DNA of 64,000 nt from Candidatus Marinacidobacterales bacterium (GCA_965219415.1 CBDCNP010000002.1:32001-96000); one strand, 5' to 3'; shown: positions 1 through 10,053, counted from the stretch's first letter. Numbers and translations are program-made. Notes: generated by a model from the letters alone, not told the origin.

Positions 1-166
1 GAACTCGGTTCTCCATCGAGAGATTTATAAGGAGATAAAGGAAGCTGACCAATACTCCCAACAAGCCCACGGAGTTCGTGAAGATGATGTATTTCGCATC
101 GGACGGTGGGGTTTCTGGAATCACGCCGAGATGCTTCAGTTCGTGCAAGGCATCACGAAGTGACAT
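1..166 (-). CDS. 5' end of a probable membrane protein running off the window (partial)
   Basis: Manual translation from ATG at 166 gives MSLRDALHELKHLGVIPETPPSDAKYIIFTNSVGLLGVLVSFLYLLIN..., open to the edge, with a hydrophobic segment. Confidence 0.4.
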   Translation of the reverse strand, partial: MSLRDALHELKHLGVIPETPPSDAKYIIFTNSVGLLGVLVSFLYLLINLSMENRV

Positions 167-326
167 GGTTTCGATTCCGGCGTCCAAGGAGGGTTTCCAG
201 ACCTCCCGATCAAACTGCCCAGTAGTAGGCGTCAGAATAGTCCTTCTCCCTGGGATGCGCCAGAAGTGACCAGTCGAACTTTCAGCACGACTGAGTTACG
301 ATCTTTCTAGGAGTCACATTCCATTT

Positions 327-848
327 ATGACGTTTGGCGCAGATCGCCTCAAGCAGGTTTCCTTGTTGTCGCTGGCAGCGTATATCTTTGTTCTTGCTTT
401 GGCGGCCAAAGGGGTCTTCCTCTACGGGTCCCAGCACCCACCGAAAGAAGGTTTGCTTGTCGTCCGAGGTGTTGTGAAGCAAGTGCGACTCGGCGGTCGT
501 GGCAATTCGACCCGGTTTCGGATCGAATCGGATGGAGGCACTTTCCGTTATTCCTCTTATTACGGAAAAGTGTGGCCGGGGATGGAGCGTATCCAGCCTG
601 AAGAGCGCGTCCAGGTCCTCGCCGAAAGAAACAAGCTCAATAAGAACGAGCTACTCAGCGGCAAACAGTACTATATTTGGGAGCTGATTCACGACAATCA
701 GGTCATCGTTGCCTATGACGATGTTCGGGAATTAGTTGAAGGAAAAGAGGCGATCGCGAATCGATACGCCAGCGGTGCCTTAGCCGCCAGCGCCGTCTTC
801 ATCCTCATCGCCTGTATACGCAAGGCGTTTCTCAATCGAGAGGAATAG
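327..848 (+). CDS. hypothetical membrane protein (N- and C-terminal TM helices, soluble beta-rich middle)
   Basis: 173-aa ORF with two hydrophobic segments; no family recognised. Confidence 0.65.
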   Translation: MTFGADRLKQVSLLSLAAYIFVLALAAKGVFLYGSQHPPKEGLLVVRGVVKQVRLGGRGNSTRFRIESDGGTFRYSSYYGKVWPGMERIQPEERVQVLAERNKLNKNELLSGKQYYIWELIHDNQVIVAYDDVRELVEGKEAIANRYASGALAASAVFILIACIRKAFLNREE

Positions 849-995
849 ACGACGATGCGGTCCGGATTGAGCTCCTCGTAGCGAGGAGTTCGTTCCATTG
901 CTGTCGTTCGATTTGTAAGGGAGAAAGGAGTGCTCGTAGCCAGTCCCCGTACCACAAGCTTGCTAGCTCCCAGTGTAACATGTTAAAGGAGTCGC

Positions 996-1895
996 ATGGG
1001 ATATTGCGATACACGATGTGCGATCCGTTCGGGGATCTTTCTCTCGTTCCTTGTTTCAGTGAGCCTCGGTTCTGCTCAGACCAAGGGCGCCCCCTGGCCG
1101 AACCGTGTACTCATCACCAACGACGATGGAATTGACATGGAAGAGATCCGCCAACTGGCCTTGGCGTTTTCGGAGATCGCGGAAACTTACGTCGTCGCTC
1201 CACTGGGGGAGCGGAGCGGCAGCAGCACTCACCTTACCCTTGACGGGGCACTTCGGGTCGAGCCCCGACAATTTGGTAAAGGCATCCATGCCTGGGGAGT
1301 TGATGGATTCCCCGCGGATTGCGTACTCCTTGGTGTTGCCGGCTTTATGCGCGACACGCCGCCCGATTTGGTCATCTCGGGGATCAACACCGGCCCGAAC
1401 ACCTCAGACACGTGGGTAGCCTCGGGGACGGTGGGTGCGGCTCGTATCGCCGCTTCCTTGGGCCTGCCGGCGATCGCCGTCTCGGGGGTCGACGCCAAGA
1501 TTCCCGGCTCACTAGAAGCGGCGGCAAACTGGACTGTGCGTCTCGCCCAAAGCGCGATCGTTCGCGACCTTCGCCCACCTCAGTACCTAACGGTATCCTT
1601 ACCTCGAATTCCACCGAAAGAGATCAAGGGGGTCCGCGTCGCGGAACATGACACGGGCTTTTTGCGTGCCGTTAGGTTTCGTGAGACAGAGGATGGTGTT
1701 TGGCAGTCGGAGCTCGATGGCGGTGAGGTGGAGACATCCGGTCGACGAAACCGAGACGCCGATGTCTATCTCTACGCATCGGGGTATATCGTGATCGTCC
1801 CGATGCGTGTGGACGAGCACGATCGAGAAGCCTTGAGCCGCTTGAAAGAAAGGATTGACTCCCGACCCACGTGGGGAGAGCCGGACTCGAACTAG
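996..1895 (+). CDS. surE: SurE-family 5'/3'-nucleotidase with N-terminal signal-like extension
   Basis: LITNDDG, GxPADCV, DLVISGINxGxN and SGTVGAA motifs; AAGGAG upstream. Confidence 0.9.
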   Translation: MGYCDTRCAIRSGIFLSFLVSVSLGSAQTKGAPWPNRVLITNDDGIDMEEIRQLALAFSEIAETYVVAPLGERSGSSTHLTLDGALRVEPRQFGKGIHAWGVDGFPADCVLLGVAGFMRDTPPDLVISGINTGPNTSDTWVASGTVGAARIAASLGLPAIAVSGVDAKIPGSLEAAANWTVRLAQSAIVRDLRPPQYLTVSLPRIPPKEIKGVRVAEHDTGFLRAVRFRETEDGVWQSELDGGEVETSGRRNRDADVYLYASGYIVIVPMRVDEHDREALSRLKERIDSRPTWGEPDSN

Positions 1896-1913
1896 CCGCC
1901 GCTTCGTTGTGGT

Positions 1914-3239
1914 CTACGCTTCCCGCGCAGTTCGGAATCTTTCACTCAAACGACGAGTAAGCAGGGAAGCTCGAGGTCGCCGAGTCCAAGCTCGAACAAC
2001 TCGTCGACCGAAACCGTAATTTCGACGGAGCCTCCGATCTTCTCCGCGAGACGAGCTCGAAGCTTGTGATCCCGTCCCTGCCAATCGAGCGCTTGGTGAA
2101 ACACGATCATCGACTCGGATCCTGCACGGGGTCAGCGGCCCTTCTCGCGGCGGAGAAGAGCCTATGCTGTGCGATAGGTTCCCGATACCCCACCCCCACC
2201 GCCAAAGAAAGCGAAGAACACGATGCCCACAATGGCGCCCGCTCGCCATCGTAACGAGCTCTGCAGTTTGCCCTTGACGAGACCGACGATCGGTTGAGGC
2301 CGTAACGCCTCGGGCGTCACCGAGGCGACGGACGTATCGGGCGTTGGCGAATCCAGGCGAACTATCGACGGCTGAGTCTTTTCGGCGACCGCGGGAACCT
2401 GGGCCGGTGCGCTTTGGTTTCGGGCGAGCAGGGTCCCGAGCGAGCTCTTCGCCCGAACCGTAGCGTTCGTCGCGTGATTTCATGAGGGCGCGAGTGACGA
2501 CGCCATCGAGGAACGGTGGAATGCCTGGGACGACTTCCGTTAACGGGCGCGGGTTCTTGTGGAGAACTTGGGATGCGATGCTGGCAATCTCCTTGCCCTC
2601 GAAGGGACGCTCACCCGTAACGAGAGTATAGAGAACGGCTCCGAGGGAGAAGACGTCGCTTCGACCGTCGAGCTCCTCCCCGCGCAGCTGCTCCGGTGAC
2701 ATGAAGTACGGGGTTCCAACGACGACGCCGGTCTGCGTGAGATGCGCTGTGGAGGGCTTGGCGATCCCGAAGTCGGCGATCTTAGGGACTCCGGCCCGGG
2801 TGATCAGGATGTTGGCGGGCTTGATGTCTCGGTGAACAACGCCTTCCCGATGCGCATGGTCGAGGGCGAGAGCGATCGCGGCACACCATTCCAACGCTTT
2901 CTCCCACGGAATGCGGTCTTCACTTCGGAGATGGTGGCTCAACGGCTGGCCATCGATGAACTCCATCGCGATGAAAGGAGTTCCGGTCGCTTCATCGGTC
3001 GCGGCATCATAGGTGACCACGATGTTCTGGTGAATGAGCCTTCCGGCGGCGCGAGCCTCCTGAAAAAAACGCTTCAGGAACTGATCCCGTTCGGAGGCGG
3101 CAATAGAGTCCGGCAAGATGACCGTTTTGAGCGCTACCGGCCGGTCGATGATCGGATCGTGGGCGCGATAGACCACCCCCATACTTCCCCGCCCGAGCTC
3201 ACCGGCGATTTCGTAGCGACCTAGGGAACGGATTTCCAT
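1914..3239 (-). CDS. Hanks-type Ser/Thr protein kinase; region after the kinase domain probably frameshifted
   Basis: LGRGSMGVV, VALK, HRDIKPAN, DFG, GTPYFMSPEQ; likely start MEIRSLGRY at 3239; composition becomes implausible after about 2430. Confidence 0.85.
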   Translation of the reverse strand: MEIRSLGRYEIAGELGRGSMGVVYRAHDPIIDRPVALKTVILPDSIAASERDQFLKRFFQEARAAGRLIHQNIVVTYDAATDEATGTPFIAMEFIDGQPLSHHLRSEDRIPWEKALEWCAAIALALDHAHREGVVHRDIKPANILITRAGVPKIADFGIAKPSTAHLTQTGVVVGTPYFMSPEQLRGEELDGRSDVFSLGAVLYTLVTGERPFEGKEIASIASQVLHKNPRPLTEVVPGIPPFLDGVVTRALMKSRDERYGSGEELARDPARPKPKRTGPGSRGRRKDSAVDSSPGFANARYVRRLGDARGVTASTDRRSRQGQTAELVTMASGRHCGHRVLRFLWRWGWGIGNLSHSIGSSPPREGPLTPCRIRVDDRVSPSARLAGTGSQASSSSRGEDRRLRRNYGFGRRVVRAWTRRPRASLLTRRLSERFRTAREA

Positions 3240-3336
3240 GGATTGATTTCCGGCGCCGCTGGTCGGCACATAGACAACTGCTTCTCGTCTGCTAGAATAG
3301 GTGTATCCCCGTTCCGTCTTCCGGAGGAAAAAACCC

Positions 3337-3580
3337 ATGCCCGCGCGGTGCCCTCACTGCTCCAGTGTTGTCGAAGAGACCGAGCTGCCCAGAATGGAGG
3401 GCGCACAGGTTCTGTGCCCGGAGTGCCAACAGCCGATGGAAATGCCGGATATGACCCTGCAGTTCTTTGATCCGAAAGAAATACCCACCGCCCCTGCATC
3501 GAAGACGTCGGGGGGCGCACTTTCGGACGGCAAGAGGTACGCGCTGGTCGTTGTGGATGGGAAAGAACCGGGGAAGGTTG
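3337..3580 (+). pseudogene. 5' fragment of a zinc-ribbon (probably FHA-domain) protein
   Basis: CPHC...CPEC followed by YALVVVDGKEPGKV, typical of the first FHA strand; breaks at about 3580. Confidence 0.6.
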
Positions 3581-3796
3581 GTCGAAGTCCACAAAGGTAT
3601 CGGCGGGCCAGAGCTTTTCCCGGAGATGCTCCCGAGTAACGACTTCGCCCCGGTGCGCGAGCAGCAGCTCCAAAATCTTGAAGGGCTGCTCCTGCAGCCG
3701 GATCTTGAGGCCCTGCTTGCGCAACTCGCCGGCGTGCAGGTCCGCCTCGAAGACTCCAAAGCGGACAACTCCTCGGGGTGGAGAGGATGCTGTCAT
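3578..3796 (-). pseudogene. 5' fragment of an OmpR/CadC-type winged-helix regulator
   Basis: VRFGVFEADLHAGELRKQGLKIRLQEQPFKILELLL...LWPADTFVDFD, then similarity stops abruptly. Confidence 0.8.
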
Positions 3797-4009
3797 GGGC
3801 GTCTCGGTATGTGATTGGAGTCTACCACCCCGCCCCGAGCCATCCAATCCGTCCGGGAGGTCATTCATCTTGCTAACTTTTTTCTAATCAGTCACCTACC
3901 CGGTGACTCTGAGACCTTCGAGAGGGGAGCCTCCGGCCATTGGCTTCCATTCCTCTTCAGGCGAAATTGCTTCCAGTACCGAGAGCCACCTTTAGAAGGA
4001 GATGGGGTC

Positions 4010-4567
4010 ATGAATGGAAGCCAGAAAAAGTGGGCTGAATATATTCGTCGGACGGCCCAGGGCGACGAGCGAGGTCTGGCCAGCCTCTACGATGCGTCGA
4101 GCTCGCTCGTATACGGCGTGGCACTTCGGAGTCTGGGAGAACCAATGGATGCCGACGAAGTGACGCTCGACGTCTTTATGCAGGTCTGGCGGCAGGCGTC
4201 TCGGTTCGATCCCGGACGGGGAAACCCTGCGGCCTGGCTTGTGGTACTCGCACGAAGTCGGGCGATCGACCGCTGGCGGGTTGTGATCAAACGACGCCGG
4301 CACGAGAGCGGGTTGAGCAACGAAGTGAATCAACCCGTTTCCAAGGACAATCCGGAACGAGACACTCTGCTCACCCAGCAGCGATCGTGGCTCGCCAGGG
4401 CGTTATCTACGTTGCCAAGCGAGCAGCGGCGTGCGGTAGAGCTGACAATCCTCTCGAGCCTCAGCCATGCCGAGGTGGCGAAGACCCTTGGCCAGCCCTT
4501 GGGAACCATCAAATCGCGCATTCGTCTCGGCATGGCGAAACTGAGGGAGCTCGGTGCCGCAGCATGA
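4010..4567 (+). CDS. ECF sigma-70 factor (SigK-like)
   Basis: Region 2 (DADEVTLDVFMQVWRQASRFD...WL...ARSRAIDRWR) and region 4 (LSHAEVAKTLGQPLGTIKSRIRLG); AAGGAG upstream of ATG 4010. Confidence 0.9.
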   Translation: MNGSQKKWAEYIRRTAQGDERGLASLYDASSSLVYGVALRSLGEPMDADEVTLDVFMQVWRQASRFDPGRGNPAAWLVVLARSRAIDRWRVVIKRRRHESGLSNEVNQPVSKDNPERDTLLTQQRSWLARALSTLPSEQRRAVELTILSSLSHAEVAKTLGQPLGTIKSRIRLGMAKLRELGAAA

Positions 4568-4660
4568 GAGCTCGACGGCTCTCCTACTCGGCCCGGGCTG
4601 AGTAACCAAAAGTAACCACTACGAAAAAGTGAGGAGCATGTGGACCCGCAACGGCGTCGC

Positions 4661-5467
4661 TTAGTAAACCAGTTCCTTCCCTTTGTACTTGCGGAAGGTC
4701 TCCCGCGCCTCCACCTTCAGCGCCTCGTCATCGCCGGTCGGTATCGGGTTCGGTGGGAAGAACTGGAGCGTGTCCTTGCCCCGCACCAGTGTGGCGCCGT
4801 GAGTCGGAGCCGTCGTTTGGCGGACCGATGCAGCGAGGTACGCGGTGGCGAAGCCGATGCGAGGCTCGCCCGTCTCGTTCGGGCGCGATCCATGGATGGT
4901 GCGCGCGTGGTGCAGGGACATCTGGCCAGCGTCGAGCGTCATGTCGGCCGCCTTCGTGGTATCGAAAGGGGCGGTGATCTCGGGGCCGCGTGTCGACAGA
5001 TTGTCCCGCTTCGGCGCCTCGACATGGGGTAGCCGACCGGTCAGATGGCTTCCCACGACGCCGCGGACACACCCGTGGGCTGGATGGCTGTCCGAGAGGG
5101 CGATCCAGGCGGTCACGGATTCGTCGCTATCGAAATGCTCGTTGTAGTTGTCCTGATGCCAGGAAACGTAGGATGTTGCGTCGGCCGGTTTGTAGAAACA
5201 TTTGTTCTTCCACGCCAGGATATTCGGGCCCAAGATGTCTTCGACCGCGTCGAGGACCGCCGGGTGACGGATGAGCTCGTCGGCCCAGCGCTGGACCAAG
5301 TGCACTTGAAGGAGATGGTTCTGGAGGTCGTCACCGCACGACGCGAGCAAGTCCTCGGTGCACGCACGGTAATGGGCAACCTCCTTTGGCGAAAGGACCG
5401 GGATACCATAAAGTAAGCCGTCCCGCCGATACGCTTCCAGTTCTTCGTTGCTGAGTCGAGTGCCCAT
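4661..5467 (-). CDS. PhyH-family Fe(II)/2-oxoglutarate dioxygenase
   Basis: WHQD, TAWIAL, IHGSxPN...R motifs; GGAGG before ATG 5467. Confidence 0.9.
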   Translation of the reverse strand: MGTRLSNEELEAYRRDGLLYGIPVLSPKEVAHYRACTEDLLASCGDDLQNHLLQVHLVQRWADELIRHPAVLDAVEDILGPNILAWKNKCFYKPADATSYVSWHQDNYNEHFDSDESVTAWIALSDSHPAHGCVRGVVGSHLTGRLPHVEAPKRDNLSTRGPEITAPFDTTKAADMTLDAGQMSLHHARTIHGSRPNETGEPRIGFATAYLAASVRQTTAPTHGATLVRGKDTLQFFPPNPIPTGDDEALKVEARETFRKYKGKELVY

Positions 5468-5481
5468 CTCAACCTCCAGTC

Positions 5482-6327
5482 TTACAACCGTAGTCGCTGC
5501 AATCGCGGATCGTAGGCAGATCGGAGCTGGTCCCCCAAAATGTTGACCGTCAGCACGACGAAGGACATCGCGAGTCCTGGGAGTGCCACCACCCACCAAG
5601 CGTTCACCATGTGATTCCTTCCCTCCGCCAACATGAGTCCCCAACTGATCTGTGGCGCCACCACGCCCAAACCCAGAAAGCTCAGAGCACCCTCACCGAG
5701 AATCATCGCCCGCATCTCCAACGTCGCGACGACGAAGAACGTTGCGCCGATATTCGGAAGGATATGTCGAAACGCGATCCGTGACGAGGACGCCCCGGCC
5801 GCCCGGAGGCCCATAACGAACGGGCGTTCACGGAGCGCCAGCGTCTCCCCCCGCAGGATCCGCGCGTACTGCGCCCATCCATGCGTCGCTAGCACGAAGA
5901 TTACGATGAATATGGAGCGACCGCTACTGGCAATGATGGAGATCGCAAGCAGCATGAACGGCAAAGCGAGCTGCGCGTCGATCAGGCGCGAGATCACCGC
6001 GTCCGACCACCCTCGGTGGTAACCCGCCAGAATACCGAGTACTCCCCCGACCGTGGCTGAAAAAACGACACCGGCGAGAGTAATGAAGAACGTGAGCCGC
6101 GCGCCATAAAGAAGACGCGCCGCCATATCACGGCCGAGATGATCGGTGCCCAATAGGTGTTTAGCATCCCCGCCCTCCTGCCAGATTGGCGGCCTCAATC
6201 GAACGCCGAGGTCTTGCTCGCCCGGATCCGGCAGCGGCAACCAGGGAACCAACACCGCGAGAACGAACACGGCGCCTAGAACGATGGTGAGCGTCAGCCA
6301 TCCAGTCCTCCTGTTGCGTCGATTCAT
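5482..6327 (-). CDS. peptide/nickel ABC transporter permease (DppC/OppC-like)
   Basis: HLLGTDHLGRD, EAA-loop region, RHILPN, LSFLGLG. Confidence 0.93.
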   Translation of the reverse strand: MNRRNRRTGWLTLTIVLGAVFVLAVLVPWLPLPDPGEQDLGVRLRPPIWQEGGDAKHLLGTDHLGRDMAARLLYGARLTFFITLAGVVFSATVGGVLGILAGYHRGWSDAVISRLIDAQLALPFMLLAISIIASSGRSIFIVIFVLATHGWAQYARILRGETLALRERPFVMGLRAAGASSSRIAFRHILPNIGATFFVVATLEMRAMILGEGALSFLGLGVVAPQISWGLMLAEGRNHMVNAWWVVALPGLAMSFVVLTVNILGDQLRSAYDPRLQRLRL

Positions 6328-6336
6328 CGGGACGGC

Positions 6337-7251
6337 TCAGATTTCCGCGTCCCGGATGCGGGGGTCGATGGCGCCGTACAGTAGATCCACGGCAAGGTTG
6401 ATGGCCACAAAGAGACTCGCGCCGACGACAACGATGGCTTGAACGAGAAAGAAGTCTCGGAAGCGTAGCGCGCCGACCGCCAAGGCGCCGAGGCCAGGCC
6501 ACGAGAAGACGACCTCGAGTGTCACCACACCCGAGAGCATTTGCCCCAGGTGGAGCCCGATGATCGTCACCACCGGCAAAGCCGCGTTTCTCAACACGTG
6601 AACCGTGGCCACCCGCCAGCGAGACAAGCCGCGAGCCCGCGCCGCCGTCACGTAGTCTTCCCCGATGACGTCGATGGCACTCGAGCGCATCAACCTGGCG
6701 ATCCGGGCCATCGGATAGGCGGAGAGCGACACCGCCGGCAAGATAACGTGCTTCCAGCTTCCACTCTGCCCCGCCGGCAACCACCTCAGTTCCACCGCAA
6801 AGAGGAGGATGAGCATCATGCCCAACCAGAAGAGCGGTAGCGACTGGCTGATGAGGGCAAAGAACATCATGACCCGATCGACGCTGGTCCCCTCCCGGAA
6901 GGCCGCGAAGAGTCCGACCGGAACCCCGATCACCACCGCCAAGAGGATCGCGGCACCGGCCAGCTGCAGCGAAGCCAGGAGCCGACCCGCGATGAGTGGT
7001 CCGTTCGACCGCTGATATCTCAGAGACTCACCGAGATCTCCGGTAAGCAGACTCCCCATGTAGGAGACGTATTGGACGACAAGCGGCCGGTCCAGTCCGA
7101 GCTCATGACGTTTCGCTTCGATCTGCTCGGGCGGTGCTATGTCACCGAGCATATGGACGACCGGATCCCCCGCCAAGCGAACGAGGAGAAACGCCAGGGT
7201 GACCGCGAGAAGCAACGTGATGACACCTCCCGCGAGTCTTCGGAGCATCAT
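6337..7251 (-). CDS. peptide/nickel ABC transporter permease (DppB/OppB-like)
   Basis: LGLDRPLVVQY, GDLGES, DYVTAARARGL, HVLRNA. Confidence 0.93.
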   Translation of the reverse strand: MMLRRLAGGVITLLLAVTLAFLLVRLAGDPVVHMLGDIAPPEQIEAKRHELGLDRPLVVQYVSYMGSLLTGDLGESLRYQRSNGPLIAGRLLASLQLAGAAILLAVVIGVPVGLFAAFREGTSVDRVMMFFALISQSLPLFWLGMMLILLFAVELRWLPAGQSGSWKHVILPAVSLSAYPMARIARLMRSSAIDVIGEDYVTAARARGLSRWRVATVHVLRNAALPVVTIIGLHLGQMLSGVVTLEVVFSWPGLGALAVGALRFRDFFLVQAIVVVGASLFVAINLAVDLLYGAIDPRIRDAEI

Positions 7252-7263
7252 GCCGCTGCTGTA

Positions 7264-8802
7264 TCAGGTGTCGGAGCTCACCGAGACCGTGTGGAGATCC
7301 CAAATTTGGTCGCCTCGAGGCACGAAGCCCTGGACCCGACCGGCGACACCGAAACTCCGGATCTGGATGTAGAGCGGAATGGGACACACTTCTTCGATGA
7401 TCAAGAGCCGCTCGATCCGGTTATACACGCGGTCTTGTGCGTCACCGTCCGCGGTTGCCGCCTCTTCCACCAAAATGTCCACCCGCGGGTCGGAGCAGTA
7501 GGTCACGACGCTCTTACTCGTCCAATAGGAACGGATGGGTCCGTCTTCGTGCGCGAAAGTCGGGATGGTGCTGATGAGATGCAATCCACTCATGTCGTCG
7601 GTCAAGAGCAAAGCCAGGAACGCTCCTTCTTCCATGGGATCGCGATTGACCGTGAAACCGGCGGCTTCCAGCATGCCCGCGATCGCTTCCCCCACTTCGT
7701 TATCCAACATGTAGCGTCCGACGGTGTAGTGGAAGTCGATCGGTGGCAGCTCCCCGACCTCTTCGAGAATCGCTCGTGTCGCCTCGAGGTCGTAGGTTAC
7801 GTAGTCGTCGTGTCCTCCGGCACTGGGGAACATCGGATGGAACAAGTTGGGATCGGGGATGGCGCCATCTCCTCCGAAGATCGCATCGACCAAAAGCTCC
7901 GCGTCGACCGCGTGGGCGACCGCCTTCCTTACCCGGCGGTCGTCGAACGGCGGCGCCCGGCGATTCATCTGCAACATCATCTTGGTGAGCTCCCGGACGC
8001 GGAGTACGTCAGCGCCCGGTGCCGCTTCGACCATCCCGGTGAGTTGTGGAGGCAGGTCAACGACGATGTCCGCGGCACCGGAGACCAGAAGGGCGGCCCG
8101 CGAGCTCGCCTCGGCGCTCCAGCTCAAGACGACTCCCTCCAGGGTCGGCATCCCGCGATAGAAATGGTCGTTGCGCGCCAAGACGATCTCTCGTCCCTCG
8201 TGCCACGACTCCAGTTCGAAAGGCCCGGTTCCCACTGGCGAAAGTCCGAGGCCGGTGGCACCGGCGGCAAGGTAGTTCTCCTTCGGAAACACCGGCACCA
8301 TCATCATCATCATGGGGAGGAACGACAGCGGCTGCGACGTCGTCACGCGCACCGTGTCCTCGTCGATGGTCTCGACCGTTTCGAGCGCCGCGAAGTAGCG
8401 AGAGGACACGCCGGTCACTTCGTCTCGTGCTCTCAGGATATTGAACGCCGCCACCTCCGCGTCGAAGACTTCGCCATTATGAAATCGGACGCCATTCCGC
8501 ACATCGAAATCCCAGGTCAACGCATCGTCACGACGCCAGTCCACCGTCAGGCCGTCCTTTGTCGCTTGGTAGGTTTTAGGATCGGGAGCCACCAGTACCT
8601 CGACGACCAAGCGGCTGACACCAACGCTCGCCCGGCTGTTATCGATGAACGGATGAAAGGAACGGGGTTCCGATCCCAGAACGATACGTAATCGTCGGTC
8701 CGCCGGGGCGGCCCCGCCTGTTTCTGGCCCGCCCCCACACGCGACGGCGAGCAAGCAGAGCCCAACCATTCCGGTGGAGATCGGCGACGGGAAATCCCTC
8801 AT
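7264..8802 (-). CDS. family-5 ABC substrate-binding lipoprotein
   Basis: Lipobox LAVAC, GVRFHNGE, PVGTGPF, PPFDDRRVRKA. Confidence 0.93.
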   Translation of the reverse strand: MRDFPSPISTGMVGLCLLAVACGGGPETGGAAPADRRLRIVLGSEPRSFHPFIDNSRASVGVSRLVVEVLVAPDPKTYQATKDGLTVDWRRDDALTWDFDVRNGVRFHNGEVFDAEVAAFNILRARDEVTGVSSRYFAALETVETIDEDTVRVTTSQPLSFLPMMMMMVPVFPKENYLAAGATGLGLSPVGTGPFELESWHEGREIVLARNDHFYRGMPTLEGVVLSWSAEASSRAALLVSGAADIVVDLPPQLTGMVEAAPGADVLRVRELTKMMLQMNRRAPPFDDRRVRKAVAHAVDAELLVDAIFGGDGAIPDPNLFHPMFPSAGGHDDYVTYDLEATRAILEEVGELPPIDFHYTVGRYMLDNEVGEAIAGMLEAAGFTVNRDPMEEGAFLALLLTDDMSGLHLISTIPTFAHEDGPIRSYWTSKSVVTYCSDPRVDILVEEAATADGDAQDRVYNRIERLLIIEEVCPIPLYIQIRSFGVAGRVQGFVPRGDQIWDLHTVSVSSDT

Positions 8803-8823
8803 ACACCAACCGGCGTTCCGGTT

Positions 8824-10053
8824 TCAGGAAGCTGGGGCGTCGTTCCGCACGACCTCCCCGCCCTTCATGACGAAGCGCAGCTTCCGGTAGGACGAGATGT
8901 CGTCCAGCGGATCTCCGTCGATGCCGACGAGATCCGCGTACTTGCCCGGCTCGATGGTGGCGAGCTGGTCTTCGACACGCAGCCACTGCGCCGGCTTCAC
9001 CGTCGCGGCTCGCAAGGCCTGCCGCGGCGTCATGCCCGCTTCCACCAAGTACTCGAGCTCCCGCACCGTGGCGGTCGTGCCCTCGAAGGGCTCGGCAGGC
9101 AACATGTCCGTACCGAGAGCCACGTCCACGCCGGATTCGATGGCGAGCTTGAGCCCTGCCATGTGTGCGGGTCCCTTCCCGAGCGCTCGCTCCACCATCC
9201 ACGGTGGCGCCTTGATCCGGTCGTAGAATTCCTTGCAACGCGTCACCAGAATCGTCGGTACCAGCCACGTTCCGCGTTCCACCATGAGCTTCACGACTTC
9301 CTCATTCAGCTCGTAGCCGTGCTCGATGCAGTCGAGGCCGCACTCGATACCCATCTTGATGACATGGGCCGGACCGACATGCGCCGTCACCTTCTTGTCC
9401 CAACCATGCGCGACTTCCGTCACCGCCCGGAGCTCATCCGGCGCCACCTGAGAGTCCATCCTGCCTTCGAACTCTCCCGAGATGCCGCCGGAGATCATGA
9501 CTTTGATGAGGTCGGCACCGGCCTTGAGCTGTGCCCGTGCCACTTTTCGAAACTCCGCCGGCCCATCGGCCTCAACGGCGCCGGCGCCGCGGCCATGCCC
9601 TCCGGTGCAGGAGATCGCGGTTCCCGCGGTAAAGAGGCGAGGCCCCTGCGCTTCGCCCCGGGCAATTGCCTTCCTGAGCGCGAGATCCGCGTGGCGCTTC
9701 TCCGAGACGAGCCGAAGGGTGGTGGCTCCGGCGTGAAGGGCCTTGCGTGCGTTGGAAGCGATCCGCAGCGCGAGCTCGGCATCGTTCTCGCTGGCCAGTC
9801 GCGTGGCTTCTGCGCCGGGCAGAGCCAGGCAAAGGTGCACGTGCATATTGATGAGGCCGGGCGTGATGTGCGCGCCCCGGAGATCGAGAGTCTCCGTCAC
9901 CCCCGCTTTCTTGGCGCGGTCGACGACGTCGTTCGCGCTTCCCGACTCCTGGATGCGTTCGCCCTTCACCCAGATGGCCGCGTCTTTCACCGGCGCTTCC
10001 ATAGTCGCATCGACGGTGTGACAGTTTGTCAGGACTAGCTCACGCTCTTTCAA
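8824..10053 (-). CDS. metal-dependent amidohydrolase (prolidase-like/imidazolonepropionase-like)
   Basis: PGLINMHVH, GADLIK, CIEHG, GTD, GKYADLV. Confidence 0.9.
   Translation of the reverse strand: MKERELVLTNCHTVDATMEAPVKDAAIWVKGERIQESGSANDVVDRAKKAGVTETLDLRGAHITPGLINMHVHLCLALPGAEATRLASENDAELALRIASNARKALHAGATTLRLVSEKRHADLALRKAIARGEAQGPRLFTAGTAISCTGGHGRGAGAVEADGPAEFRKVARAQLKAGADLIKVMISGGISGEFEGRMDSQVAPDELRAVTEVAHGWDKKVTAHVGPAHVIKMGIECGLDCIEHGYELNEEVVKLMVERGTWLVPTILVTRCKEFYDRIKAPPWMVERALGKGPAHMAGLKLAIESGVDVALGTDMLPAEPFEGTTATVRELEYLVEAGMTPRQALRAATVKPAQWLRVEDQLATIEPGKYADLVGIDGDPLDDISSYRKLRFVMKGGEVVRNDAPAS

Noticed and set aside
4661-5467. Non-heme iron halogenase
   Set aside because: The HQD motif retains Asp; halogenases have Ala or Gly at this position
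7072-8691. Long antisense ORFs (539 aa here; also 44022..45413 and 36185..37249)
   Set aside because: They are shadows of well-supported genes on the opposite strand or in another frame of GC-rich DNA, with no recognisable motifs
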